Shown: positions 1-7,780 of the stretch, one piece after another
Numbering within the stretch: position 1 is the stretch's first letter
Layout: every line of letters begins with the position of its first letter
IMG/VR virus record: IMGVR_UViG_3300033067_000134
Span: 1 to 37,125 of that record
DNA length: 37,125 bases
Direction: 5' to 3' (one strand)
Origin: a virus
Lineage: Duplodnaviria; Caudoviricetes
Made by a program: the position numbers and the translations under genes
The notes under the pieces: generated by a model
What the model saw: only the letters and a program-made list of their open reading frames with translations
What the model was told of the DNA's origin: nothing
Database searches by the model: none

Positions 1-108
1 AAGACTTGGGTCTTGGCGCAGATGACTATGGAGCCGAGCTACATGCGCGGTATCCCTCTGGACGCTGACGGTGGTGCGCACCGTCGATATGGTTTAGCAA
101 AGAACTAA
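1..108 (+). CDS. C-terminal end of family A DNA polymerase (partial)
   Basis: Frame 1 reads KTWVLAQMTMEPSYMRGIPLDADGGAHRRYGLAKN* (TAA 106-108), typical of the phage PolA C-terminal 'P..GIPL.A.G....Y' tail; lies in the replication module. Confidence 0.7.
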   Translation, partial: KTWVLAQMTMEPSYMRGIPLDADGGAHRRYGLAKN

Positions 109-119
109 GGAGAGCGCAA

Positions 120-317
120 GTGGGCATGCCTTTCATCGAGTTGGCTTTCGCCGACAAATTCATTCTGCGCTTTCTACGTAATGACGACGGCACGTATGGG
201 CGACCCTATACGTTGGACGAAATCATTCAGTTACAAGACATGGCGGATTCCGCTTTTGGTTTAACAAGAGATAACCCATACAAGGAGAAGAAAAATGCAG
301 ATACCAAAGAAAATTAA
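120..317 (+). CDS. hypothetical protein
   Basis: GTG start preceded by AAGGAGAG; overlaps the next gene. Confidence 0.6.
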   Translation: MGMPFIELAFADKFILRFLRNDDGTYGRPYTLDEIIQLQDMADSAFGLTRDNPYKEKKNADTKEN

Positions 318-597
318 AGTCGGCAAGAAGTGGTACACAGTGACTACACGTGAGACGTTCACAATCAAAGGCAAGCATGTGTGGGGCGGCATCAACTACG
401 ATGAAGCTGACATCCGTGTTGGCACACACCGTTCCAATGGCCGTGCGTTGCCTGAGAAAGAAATCGACACAACCTTCTGGCACGAGCTGACGCACGCAAT
501 CCTCGAAGACATGGGCAGCAAGCTCGAAGCCAATGAAGCGTTCGTTGACGCCTTCTCTACACGTCTCAGCAATGCAGTCCGATCAGCCAAATTCTGA
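295..597 (+). CDS. small HExxH zinc-metallopeptidase-like phage protein
   Basis: TFWHELTHAIL motif with a downstream E (ANEAFVD); RBS AGGAG. Confidence 0.75.
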   Translation: MQIPKKIKVGKKWYTVTTRETFTIKGKHVWGGINYDEADIRVGTHRSNGRALPEKEIDTTFWHELTHAILEDMGSKLEANEAFVDAFSTRLSNAVRSAKF

Positions 598-820
598 GTG
601 GTACCGCCCCGACAAGACCGAGGTAGCGCCCGAAGACTTGGTGGCGCTCATGGAGTTGGCGGGGGTGAAGATCACGGTAGATACGCTGGGTACGGTGCAC
701 ATACATTTTGATGGCAACACATGCCGCGTACCACAAGACGAGGACGGCACATGGCAGAGAAACGCATACGAGATATGGCAGTGGGTACAGAAGCGAGGGA
801 GGTACGGGGGAGTTCCTTGA
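572..820 (+). CDS. hypothetical protein (start uncertain, 533 or 572)
   Basis: ORF fills the gap in a tightly packed operon. Confidence 0.55.
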   Translation: MQSDQPNSEWYRPDKTEVAPEDLVALMELAGVKITVDTLGTVHIHFDGNTCRVPQDEDGTWQRNAYEIWQWVQKRGRYGGVP

Positions 821-987
821 CGGATGAGGACATGGAGAACTTGATGTGTATGGTGGGTCGCGTGCAGTTCAACACACGCACGGGCCTTTACATGTTCTTT
901 GGTGAGCAGCCGTTGCGCTTCTTCGGTGACGAAACGATTGCAGGCTTGTTCGATAAATTTTTAGATGACCAGAAAGCAGAACGATGA
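817..987 (+). CDS. hypothetical protein
   Basis: Probable TTG start overlapping the upstream TGA, after GGGAG; stop overlaps the next ATG (ATGA). Confidence 0.5.
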   Translation: MTDEDMENLMCMVGRVQFNTRTGLYMFFGEQPLRFFGDETIAGLFDKFLDDQKAER

Positions 988-1652
988 GTAAAAAACCAGC
1001 ATGGAGCCACAGCTCCTTAAAAGACTTCGAGGGATGCGCTCGTCGCTACCACGAGGTCAAGGTCTTGAAGAAGTACCCCTTCCAAGAGACTGATGCAACA
1101 CGTTACGGTAACCAAGTGCACGAGAGCTTGGAGCTGTATATCCGTGACGGCAAGCCTATCCCTCCTGAGCACGCTCAGTTCAAGGATGTGGCCGATGCCA
1201 TGATTCAGAAAGAAGGGCGCAAGCTGGCCGAGTATGAGATGGCGCTGGACGTGAACCTGAACCCCTGCGATTGGAAGTCCCCCGACGTGTGGGTGCGCGG
1301 CATCGCTGACATCTTGATCGTGAATGATGACAACCTGACTGCATGGGTGGGCGACTGGAAGACGGGCAACAACAAGTACCCAGACCGCGATCAGTTGGTG
1401 CTCATGTCGATCATGGTGTTTGCTCACTTTCCGCACATTCGCAAGGTCAACTCAGCGTTGCTGTTCATCGTCAAGAACGATATAGTCAAGATGCAGATGA
1501 TGCGTGAGCAAGCAGACGCTGCGTGGTGGAAGTACCGTGAGCGCACAGCGCGGCTCGAAGCCAGCTTTGCCAACAACGTGTGGAACCCCAACTCAACCCC
1601 CCTATGCAAATGGTGTCAGGTCACCGGCTGCGAATTCAACCCCAAGCACTAA
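984..1652 (+). CDS. PD-(D/E)XK nuclease superfamily protein (Cas4/RecB-like exonuclease)
   Basis: WSHSSLKDFEGC...GIADIL...DWKTG...QL...C-terminal CKWCQVTGC Cys cluster. Confidence 0.88.
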   Translation: MSKKPAWSHSSLKDFEGCARRYHEVKVLKKYPFQETDATRYGNQVHESLELYIRDGKPIPPEHAQFKDVADAMIQKEGRKLAEYEMALDVNLNPCDWKSPDVWVRGIADILIVNDDNLTAWVGDWKTGNNKYPDRDQLVLMSIMVFAHFPHIRKVNSALLFIVKNDIVKMQMMREQADAAWWKYRERTARLEASFANNVWNPNSTPLCKWCQVTGCEFNPKH

Positions 1653-1661
1653 GGAGCCGTC

Positions 1662-1895
1662 ATGGCAACACGCGACTACAAACAGGAATACAAAGACTTT
1701 CACGGCAAGCCAGATCAGATTGCCAAGCGCGGTGAGCGCGTCAAGGCACGACGCATCATGGAGAAAAGCGGTGCCGTGAGTAAAGGCGATGGTAAAGATG
1801 TTGACCACATCAAACCACTCAAGAGCGGCGGCACGTCAGCGAAGTCGAACCTGCGTGTGCGTAGCGTGAAGGCCAATCGCGGAGACAAGAAGTGA
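1662..1895 (+). CDS. small HNH endonuclease
   Basis: DVDHIKPLKSGG...SNLRV...ANR (H-N-N type); RBS AAGGAG. Confidence 0.85.
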   Translation: MATRDYKQEYKDFHGKPDQIAKRGERVKARRIMEKSGAVSKGDGKDVDHIKPLKSGGTSAKSNLRVRSVKANRGDKK

Positions 1896-2242
1896 GTGTG
1901 CAAGGATTGCCGCCAGGCTCGTGGGTAACAACTACGGGCCCCAACACAATCACACCGTTGACGCTTACCGCGTCAAATCAAGGTGGCCCCTTCGGGGCTA
2001 CTGCAACCGTTCGCAACCACACCAACAGCGTGGAGCTGAAAGAGAACGAGGCGTACAACACCTCGACGCAGACGCTCTGTGACTTGTGGTTAGCGAAGTG
2101 GGGTAACGCGTGGGTGGACATAGCGGACATTCATGATGACAGGTTTTGGCAAGTCGCTTGTGAGCGATTGAAGCAGCTAGGACATGTAGAGCAACACTAC
2201 TTGACAGACCGCGCAACGTACGTGTGTCGCAAGCCAGAGTAA
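1892..2242 (+). CDS. hypothetical protein, tandem paralogue 1
   Basis: GTGA overlap with HNH; C-terminal EAY..S....DLW..K.G.AWV domain shared with the next ORF. Confidence 0.7.
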   Translation: MSVQGLPPGSWVTTTGPNTITPLTLTASNQGGPFGATATVRNHTNSVELKENEAYNTSTQTLCDLWLAKWGNAWVDIADIHDDRFWQVACERLKQLGHVEQHYLTDRATYVCRKPE

Positions 2243-2262
2243 ATTTTTAACAGGAGAAGCAA

Positions 2263-2772
2263 ATGAGTGCAATCAACAACGCATGGAACCCGCTGGCTGG
2301 GCAGCAAGCATCAAACGGGTACAACACAGGTTGGACTGACCCACGCTACGGCAACTACCCAAGGCAGCAAGGTTTAGCGTCAGGACGAGGTTCGCCGCGC
2401 AAGCAGGACATGCCGGAGTCTTTGATTCAAGAGATGACGGTTGACCCAGAAGCACAACGCTACTGGTATCAGTTAGACCCAGACCGTCAGTGGGAGCTGG
2501 TAGAGCGTTACCAGAAGAATGAGGAATCAGCGCGGCAACAAGCCATCGCTGACGCGTACGACCCCAACAACGACGAGGCGTATTCTGTTTCACTATCAAC
2601 AGCCGTTGATTTGTGGCGTGTCAAACACGGCGATGCGTGGGTGAAAGCCGATCAAGTCTATGTGAGTGGTGATTTTTACGGCGAGCTTGAAAACAGACTG
2701 AGCAGCAACCATTGCTTTGAAGTCATGACCAAGCACATGCGTCGTTGGATTCGCTTGAAAGAAAACGTGTAA
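2263..2772 (+). CDS. hypothetical protein, tandem paralogue 2
   Basis: RBS ACAGGAGAAGCAAATG; N/Q/G-rich N-terminus; EAYSVSLSTAVDLWRVKHGDAWV domain. Confidence 0.75.
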   Translation: MSAINNAWNPLAGQQASNGYNTGWTDPRYGNYPRQQGLASGRGSPRKQDMPESLIQEMTVDPEAQRYWYQLDPDRQWELVERYQKNEESARQQAIADAYDPNNDEAYSVSLSTAVDLWRVKHGDAWVKADQVYVSGDFYGELENRLSSNHCFEVMTKHMRRWIRLKENV

Positions 2773-3125
2773 TGGCACTCAGTATGGCCACCATGCGTAA
2801 ACAACTTCTACCGCAACTCAACCAGCTGTTTGCTGCGGAGTACAACAAATATAGGTTTCAGAAAATGGGAAAAGTAAAAGACGTACGTGCAAACGAATCA
2901 GAGCAAGCCAAACAAATACGAAGCTCAAGCACACAGGTGTTACGCGACATCTGGACGGCAGCGTTCAACGGTGATGTTGCAACCATGGAGGAAGTCGCAA
3001 ACATAAGCGGCTCAGACCTGTGGGTTGTTGGTTCTGAGCTATTCAATCGCGAAGAACTGCGCGAAGGCAAGTACCAAGAGTTCTCCGAAGAAGTTTACGT
3101 ACTGAAACCACATGCAAATAGTTGA
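2772..3125 (+). CDS. hypothetical protein, divergent paralogue 3 with capsid-like N-terminal peptide
   Basis: TAATG overlap start; SSTQVLRDIW motif; N-terminus MALSMATMRKQLLPQLNQLFAAEYNKY. Confidence 0.7.
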   Translation: MALSMATMRKQLLPQLNQLFAAEYNKYRFQKMGKVKDVRANESEQAKQIRSSSTQVLRDIWTAAFNGDVATMEEVANISGSDLWVVGSELFNREELREGKYQEFSEEVYVLKPHANS

Positions 3126-4674
3126 CGACAAAGCGCTTGTACTGCGCACAAGAAACCCTGACAAGTACAGCGTCATCCCCAAGAGCAAGGTGCTCGGCTT
3201 CAATGATGGAGCGTACGAAGTCGCCGTGTTCTGGGGCCTAGATGAAGCACGTGTGCTTCGCAACCTTGGGGTCAAGAATGTCCCCTCGCCAATCACGCGG
3301 CGCTACGACTGGCCGGGCCGTTACAAGCCCATGGGTCACCAAGTAGAGACAGCATCGTTCCTCACGATGTACCGCCGTGCGTTCGTGTTCAACGACCCCG
3401 GAACGGGTAAGACGCTCAGCGCATTGTGGGCAGCAGACTACTTGATGAAGCGCGGTGAAGTTCGCCGTGTCTTGATCTTGTGCCCTCTGTCCATCATGCA
3501 CTCAGCGTGGATGGGTGACATCAACTCCAGCGTGATTCATCGCTCTGCGATCGTGGCCCACCATACGCAAGCTGCGCGGCGCATTGAGATGATTCAGCAG
3601 GACTACGAACTGGTCATCACCAACTACGACGGCTTGAATCTGATCGCAAGTGAAATCAATCGTGACGGTCGTTTTGATCTGGTCATCGTGGATGAAGCGA
3701 ACGCGTACAAGAACCCATCAACAAATCGTTGGAAGGCGCTCAACTCAATCTTGAAGCCCGACACGTACTTGTGGATGATGACGGGTACGCCTGCATCGCA
3801 GTCGCCAGTGGATGCGTACGGCTTGGCCAAGTTGGTGAACCCAGCAGGCGTGCCTAAGTTCTTTACTGCGTGGCGCGACAAGGTGATGAACAAGATCACG
3901 ATGTTCAAGTGGGCAGCGAAGCCCGATGCCACGACGACTGTCTTCGCCGCGCTACAACCCGCTATTAGGTTTTCTAAGTCGCAGTGCTTGGACTTGCCGC
4001 CCGTCATCACAGTGACGCGTGAGGTGCCGATGACACCACAGCAGAACAAGTACTACAAGCTGTTGAAAGAACAGTTGCTTGTGTCTGCCGCAGGCGAGAC
4101 GATCACAGCAGTGAACGCTGGTGTTGCTGTAAACAAGTTGCTACAAATCTCTTGTGGCGCTGCGTACACAGACGACAAGGAGATTGTTGAGTTCGACGCT
4201 GGCCCTCGCCTTGCTGTGCTTGAGGAAATCTTGGAGGAGACGAGCCGCAAGGTCATCATCTTCGCTATGTTCCGTAGCAGCATCGACACCATCGTGAACT
4301 ACCTGACGAAGAAGGGCTACGGCGTAGACCAGATTCACGGGGACGTGAGCGCCAGTAAGCGTGGGCGCATCATCAACGACTTCCAGACAACGCCCACCAT
4401 TCGTGTGCTGGTGATGCAACCACAAGCTACTGCGCACGGCATTACGCTGACAGCAGCAGACACGGTTGTGTTCTTCGGCCCACTCATGAGTGTTGAGCAG
4501 TACATCCAGTGCATAGCACGAGCCGACCGTAAAGGTCAAGACTCAGACAAAGTTACTGTGCACCACATCGAGTCAAGCCCTATCGAGAAGAAGTTGTTCA
4601 AAGCTATGAATACCAAAGTGAACGACAACGGCCTACTTGTAGGCTTATTCGATAGTGAGATAAAAAATATTTAA
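3112..4674 (+). CDS. SNF2-family (SF2) DNA helicase
   Basis: Motif I NDPGTGKT, motif II VIVDEAN, motif III MTGTP, motif V GITLTAA, motif VI QCIARADRKGQ. Confidence 0.93.
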   Translation: MQIVDDKALVLRTRNPDKYSVIPKSKVLGFNDGAYEVAVFWGLDEARVLRNLGVKNVPSPITRRYDWPGRYKPMGHQVETASFLTMYRRAFVFNDPGTGKTLSALWAADYLMKRGEVRRVLILCPLSIMHSAWMGDINSSVIHRSAIVAHHTQAARRIEMIQQDYELVITNYDGLNLIASEINRDGRFDLVIVDEANAYKNPSTNRWKALNSILKPDTYLWMMTGTPASQSPVDAYGLAKLVNPAGVPKFFTAWRDKVMNKITMFKWAAKPDATTTVFAALQPAIRFSKSQCLDLPPVITVTREVPMTPQQNKYYKLLKEQLLVSAAGETITAVNAGVAVNKLLQISCGAAYTDDKEIVEFDAGPRLAVLEEILEETSRKVIIFAMFRSSIDTIVNYLTKKGYGVDQIHGDVSASKRGRIINDFQTTPTIRVLVMQPQATAHGITLTAADTVVFFGPLMSVEQYIQCIARADRKGQDSDKVTVHHIESSPIEKKLFKAMNTKVNDNGLLVGLFDSEIKNI

Positions 4675-4683
4675 AGAAAGGAT

Positions 4684-4726
4684 TTGTCAAACGAAAAATT
4701 CGTGTACCATTGTCAAACACTAGACA
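4684..4726 (+). promoter_or_regulatory. putative promoter with near-palindromic operator
   Basis: AT-rich intergenic gap; TTGTCA (4684) and TACCAT (4705) with a short 15-nt spacer; TGTCAA-ACAC-TAGACA (4711-4726); TTGTCAAAC occurs twice. Confidence 0.45.
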
Positions 4727-4743
4727 CATAACAGGAGAAGCAA

Positions 4744-5205
4744 ATGACCGCTCTAGATGACGAGGACGTAGCGCCTCAACAAGAAACCGCCGACGCATCG
4801 GAAGACATGTCGGTAATCCCCATGGACAAGCTGGCTAACGTGTATCGCAAGATGCAAGCGAAGATTCAGCAGTTGACCACCGAGTACGAAACTCAGGTCG
4901 AGAACATCAAGGCACAGCAAGAGGCTGTGAAGAACGCTCTCAAAGACCAGATGCTAGTGCTAGGCGTGTCTTCCGTCCGCACAGACAAAGGGACTGTCGT
5001 GCTCAGCACCAAGACTCGCTACAACACATCTGACTGGGATTCGTTCAAGTCGTTTGTGATGGAGAACGATGCTCTTGATCTGTTTGAGAAGCGCATCGCG
5101 CAGACCAACATGAAGCAGTTCCTTGACGAGCACCCAGGTGTCGTACCGCCCGGGCTCAACTCGATGACAGAGTACGCAATCTCAGTAAGGAAACCAACCA
5201 AATGA
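4744..5205 (+). CDS. conserved phage replication-module protein (coiled coil plus beta domain)
   Basis: Strong RBS; SVRTDKGTV...DWDSF...LFEKRIAQ...PPGL pattern typical of genes between the helicase and SSB. Confidence 0.75.
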   Translation: MTALDDEDVAPQQETADASEDMSVIPMDKLANVYRKMQAKIQQLTTEYETQVENIKAQQEAVKNALKDQMLVLGVSSVRTDKGTVVLSTKTRYNTSDWDSFKSFVMENDALDLFEKRIAQTNMKQFLDEHPGVVPPGLNSMTEYAISVRKPTK

Positions 5206-5438
5206 CGAAGAAGATAACACCCGAGAGCCTCGCGGAGTTGCCTGTGATGGTAGACACCGTGACTAAAACGGATGATGACAAAGCGTACGACCGTGCACAA
5301 GATGCCGTCTACTCACGCCGCCGCTCATTGGAAGCAGCGCTTGAGCACCACAAAAACAACGGTGGCATGTTGACCGTGGCCCAAATCCTCGACAACAGCC
5401 GTCACTTTCACACATACATCACAGGAGAAACAAAATGA
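5202..5438 (+). CDS. hypothetical protein
   Basis: ATGA overlaps at both ends. Confidence 0.65.
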   Translation: MTKKITPESLAELPVMVDTVTKTDDDKAYDRAQDAVYSRRRSLEAALEHHKNNGGMLTVAQILDNSRHFHTYITGETK

Positions 5439-6412
5439 GCAACGTAGCTTTATTCAACGGCGCAGCCGTCCCCGCATTTGCCAAGAAGGCAGAACTGTCA
5501 GCAATCGCTAAGGCCCTGTCGGGTGGTGGCGTTGGTGGTGGCAAGCGTATCTCCATCAAAGGCGGCGTGTTCCGTCTGGTGGACTCTGGCAAAGAAGTTG
5601 CTGCAATCGAAGAACGCTACCTCGACGTGGTGATCGTGAACGCAGCACCTAAAGTCAGCCGCGTGTTCTACGCCAAGACCTATGATGCCAACGCTGTGAC
5701 TGCACCTGACTGCTGGTCTGCCGACGGCGAGAAGCCAAGCGCTGACTCTGAGAACAAGCAAGCCACCAACTGTGCTGAGTGCCCAAAGAACATCGCTGGT
5801 TCTGGCCAAGGCAACAGCCGCGCATGCCGCTACCAACAGCGTCTCGCTGTGGTGTTGGCCAATGATGTTGACGGTGACGTTTTGCAGTTGGCTTTGCCAG
5901 CGACTTCTATCTTCGGCAAGGCAGTCGGCGATGACCGTCCATTGCAAGAGTACGCACGCTACTTGGCCGCGCAGACCATCAACCCTGAGACTGTCGTGAC
6001 TCGTATGAAGTTCGACACCAAGTCTGAGAGCCCCAAGTTGTTCTTCAAGCCTATGCGCTGGTTGAGCGACGACGAGTACGAGTCAGTTGAGAAGCAAGCC
6101 AAGTCTGACGACGCGATCAAGGCAATCACCATGACCGTGGCCAAGATGGACAACGCAGCTACCGCTGAACCAGCCCCATTGGGCGGCACACCTCCAAAGG
6201 CAGCAAAGGCCGCAGCACCTGCGCCAGAAGCCGAGGACGATGAGCCACCAGTCGCTCCACCCAAAGCCAAGAAAGCCAAAGCAGCGCCTGCTGCCGCAGC
6301 CGAAGACGAAGGTGATGAGCCAGTCGTGCGTAAGGAAGAAGCCAAACCAACGGCTGTTCCTACGAAGAAGTCCTCATTGGCCGCAGCCGTGTCTGATTGG
6401 GACGACGAGTAA
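5435..6412 (+). CDS. putative single-stranded DNA-binding protein
   Basis: RISIKGGVFR core, Cys cluster (PDCWS...CAECPKN...ACR), Pro/Ala/Lys-rich linker and acidic aromatic C-terminus (SDWDDE). Confidence 0.65.
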   Translation: MSNVALFNGAAVPAFAKKAELSAIAKALSGGGVGGGKRISIKGGVFRLVDSGKEVAAIEERYLDVVIVNAAPKVSRVFYAKTYDANAVTAPDCWSADGEKPSADSENKQATNCAECPKNIAGSGQGNSRACRYQQRLAVVLANDVDGDVLQLALPATSIFGKAVGDDRPLQEYARYLAAQTINPETVVTRMKFDTKSESPKLFFKPMRWLSDDEYESVEKQAKSDDAIKAITMTVAKMDNAATAEPAPLGGTPPKAAKAAAPAPEAEDDEPPVAPPKAKKAKAAPAAAAEDEGDEPVVRKEEAKPTAVPTKKSSLAAAVSDWDDE

Positions 6413-6422
6413 GCAGAGTGAA

Positions 6423-6485
6423 GGCCCCCTGCGTTTCCATTAACCCATGGAGCTACAGACCCTCGCAGGGGGTCGTCCATTTTTT
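6423..6485 (+). terminator. GC-rich branched hairpin followed by a T6 tract (terminator/attenuator-like)
   Basis: GGCCCCCTGCG (6423-6433) pairs with CGCAGGGGGTC (6464-6474); inner hairpin TTCCAT/ATGGAG; TTTTTT at 6480-6485. Confidence 0.55.
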
Positions 6486-6503
6486 AAACAACAGGAGAAA
6501 GCA

Positions 6504-7007
6504 ATGAAAAAAATCGTAATCACTACCGCCATCATCGCAGCAGCGCTGCTCACAGCGTGCGGCCCACAGAACATCGACCAAGTCATGAAGGAAGGCGGTA
6601 AAGTAGACAAGTCTGCGGCCTTCTCGTTCCAGACAGTCGAGGAGCAGCGCGCACAAGGCCGTGCAAATGCTGGCGCATCTGCCGCTGATTACCAACGCCA
6701 GAACCCACGCATCCAAGGCTGGGAAACCATCGTGAAGGCAGATACAACCCATTCTTCCACTTGCCCTCAAGGCGACGGTTGGGCTGAGGTTGTGTTCATG
6801 CGTTCCGAGCGTGCCGAGGGTAAGACACAGAACCTGCAAATTGAAAAAGCCACTGTCATGTGCAGCACGGTTTCCTCGACGCAAGGTTGTGTGATGGTGA
6901 ATCCAACGGACAACTGGGCTAAACACCCCGGCAAAATGCAAGATGGCTCATGCGCTTCAACTCGCGAGGTGCCATTCCCACTGCCTAAAGCGGTTGGTGC
7001 CAAATGA
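6504..7007 (+). CDS. lipoprotein
   Basis: RBS ACAGGAG; signal peptide MKKIVITTAIIAAALLTA-C (lipobox LTAC); four further Cys. Confidence 0.85.
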   Translation: MKKIVITTAIIAAALLTACGPQNIDQVMKEGGKVDKSAAFSFQTVEEQRAQGRANAGASAADYQRQNPRIQGWETIVKADTTHSSTCPQGDGWAEVVFMRSERAEGKTQNLQIEKATVMCSTVSSTQGCVMVNPTDNWAKHPGKMQDGSCASTREVPFPLPKAVGAK

Positions 7008-7138
7008 CTGCCGTGGGCATCTTCGCAGGACGCGGTGATGTTCTCGTTGCTATGGGGCTCGCGCTGGTAATCGGCATCTGGGCGGGATGGCAAATGAGAC
7101 GCACCATCGAATGGGTGCGTTCTAAAACAAACAAATAA
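7004..7138 (+). CDS. small single-TM membrane protein (44 aa; not in ORF track)
   Basis: ATGA overlap with the lipoprotein; MTAVGIFAGRGDVLVAMGLALVIGIWAGWQMRRTIEWVRSKTNK*. Confidence 0.65.
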   Translation: MTAVGIFAGRGDVLVAMGLALVIGIWAGWQMRRTIEWVRSKTNK

Positions 7139-7140
7139 GG

Positions 7141-7231
7141 GGTTTCGGGGGAAAGCGGCGGTAGGTACTGGTGTGACCTGAAATCACACACAAACAGTTG
7201 TAATCCTGCATGACGCCGTTAGTACCCCACC
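7141..7231 (+). ncRNA. candidate structured RNA with loop-E/bulged-G motif
   Basis: Nested stems GGGG/CCCC, internal loop GAA/AGTA, AGCGGCG/CGCCGTT, GTAGG/CCTGC, ACTG/CAGT, GTGTGA/TCACAC. Confidence 0.55.
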
Positions 7232-7238
7232 TAACACT

Positions 7239-7517
7239 ATGGCTTACTCACAACAAATCAAAGACACGGTCAAGAAAGCACCGAAGACGCTGGGCAACCA
7301 GCTCGGGCGCTGGGCTGTGCACTTCGACATTCCTGTAATGCTGATTGCTCAGGCTACGGGCGCATCGCGCCAGACCGCCTACAACTGGTTCGCAGGTGGC
7401 GAGGTATTCGTGGCCTACCGCCCAGCGGTGGAGACTTTATTGAAGATCATGAGCGCATGCGGCTCATCAACAGAAGCACGGAGAAAAATATGCAAGCAAT
7501 TCGACCTCAACACCTGA
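7239..7517 (+). CDS. helix-turn-helix (Cro/XRE-like) DNA-binding protein
   Basis: IPVMLIAQATGASRQTAYNWFAG. Confidence 0.8.
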   Translation: MAYSQQIKDTVKKAPKTLGNQLGRWAVHFDIPVMLIAQATGASRQTAYNWFAGGEVFVAYRPAVETLLKIMSACGSSTEARRKICKQFDLNT

Positions 7518-7768
7518 CAGACGAAGAAGTGCTGCGTCAGGTGTACCTGATGGGCAACGAGATGCTCCCAAAAGAATGGGTCGAAGAACTCTGCCGCCGC
7601 TTGGCCAATGCGATCGACAACCCAGAAGAAGTGGAAGCTGAATGTGAAGGCGAGTGTGGCCAGTACCAGAACGGCTACGACGAAGGCTATGAGGACGGCA
7701 AGGGTGAAGCCGACGACGAGAAGTACAACGAAGGCTTCGCCGCTGGCGTTGCTGCCGCCAACCAATAA
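7490..7768 (+). CDS. hypothetical acidic protein
   Basis: RBS GGAG; C-terminal GYDEGYEDG...YNEGFAAG periodic-Gly helix. Confidence 0.65.
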   Translation: MQAIRPQHLTDEEVLRQVYLMGNEMLPKEWVEELCRRLANAIDNPEEVEAECEGECGQYQNGYDEGYEDGKGEADDEKYNEGFAAGVAAANQ

Positions 7769-7780
7769 CTGAGGGTTACT

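Noticed and set aside
984-1652. Cas4-like nuclease as evidence of a CRISPR-Cas system
   Set aside because: No repeat-spacer array or other cas genes seen; solo PD-(D/E)XK nucleases are routine in phage replication modules
1662-1895. HNH as an intron- or intein-associated homing element
   Set aside because: Free-standing 77-aa gene with its own RBS; flanking genes appear uninterrupted
6447-6503. Upstream ATG extending the lipoprotein to 186 aa
   Set aside because: Lies inside the hairpin with no SD; ATG 6504 has a strong RBS and gives a canonical signal peptide
7141-7231. tRNA interpretation of the structured intergenic region
   Set aside because: Folds as a rod rather than a cloverleaf; no T-loop or D-loop consensus
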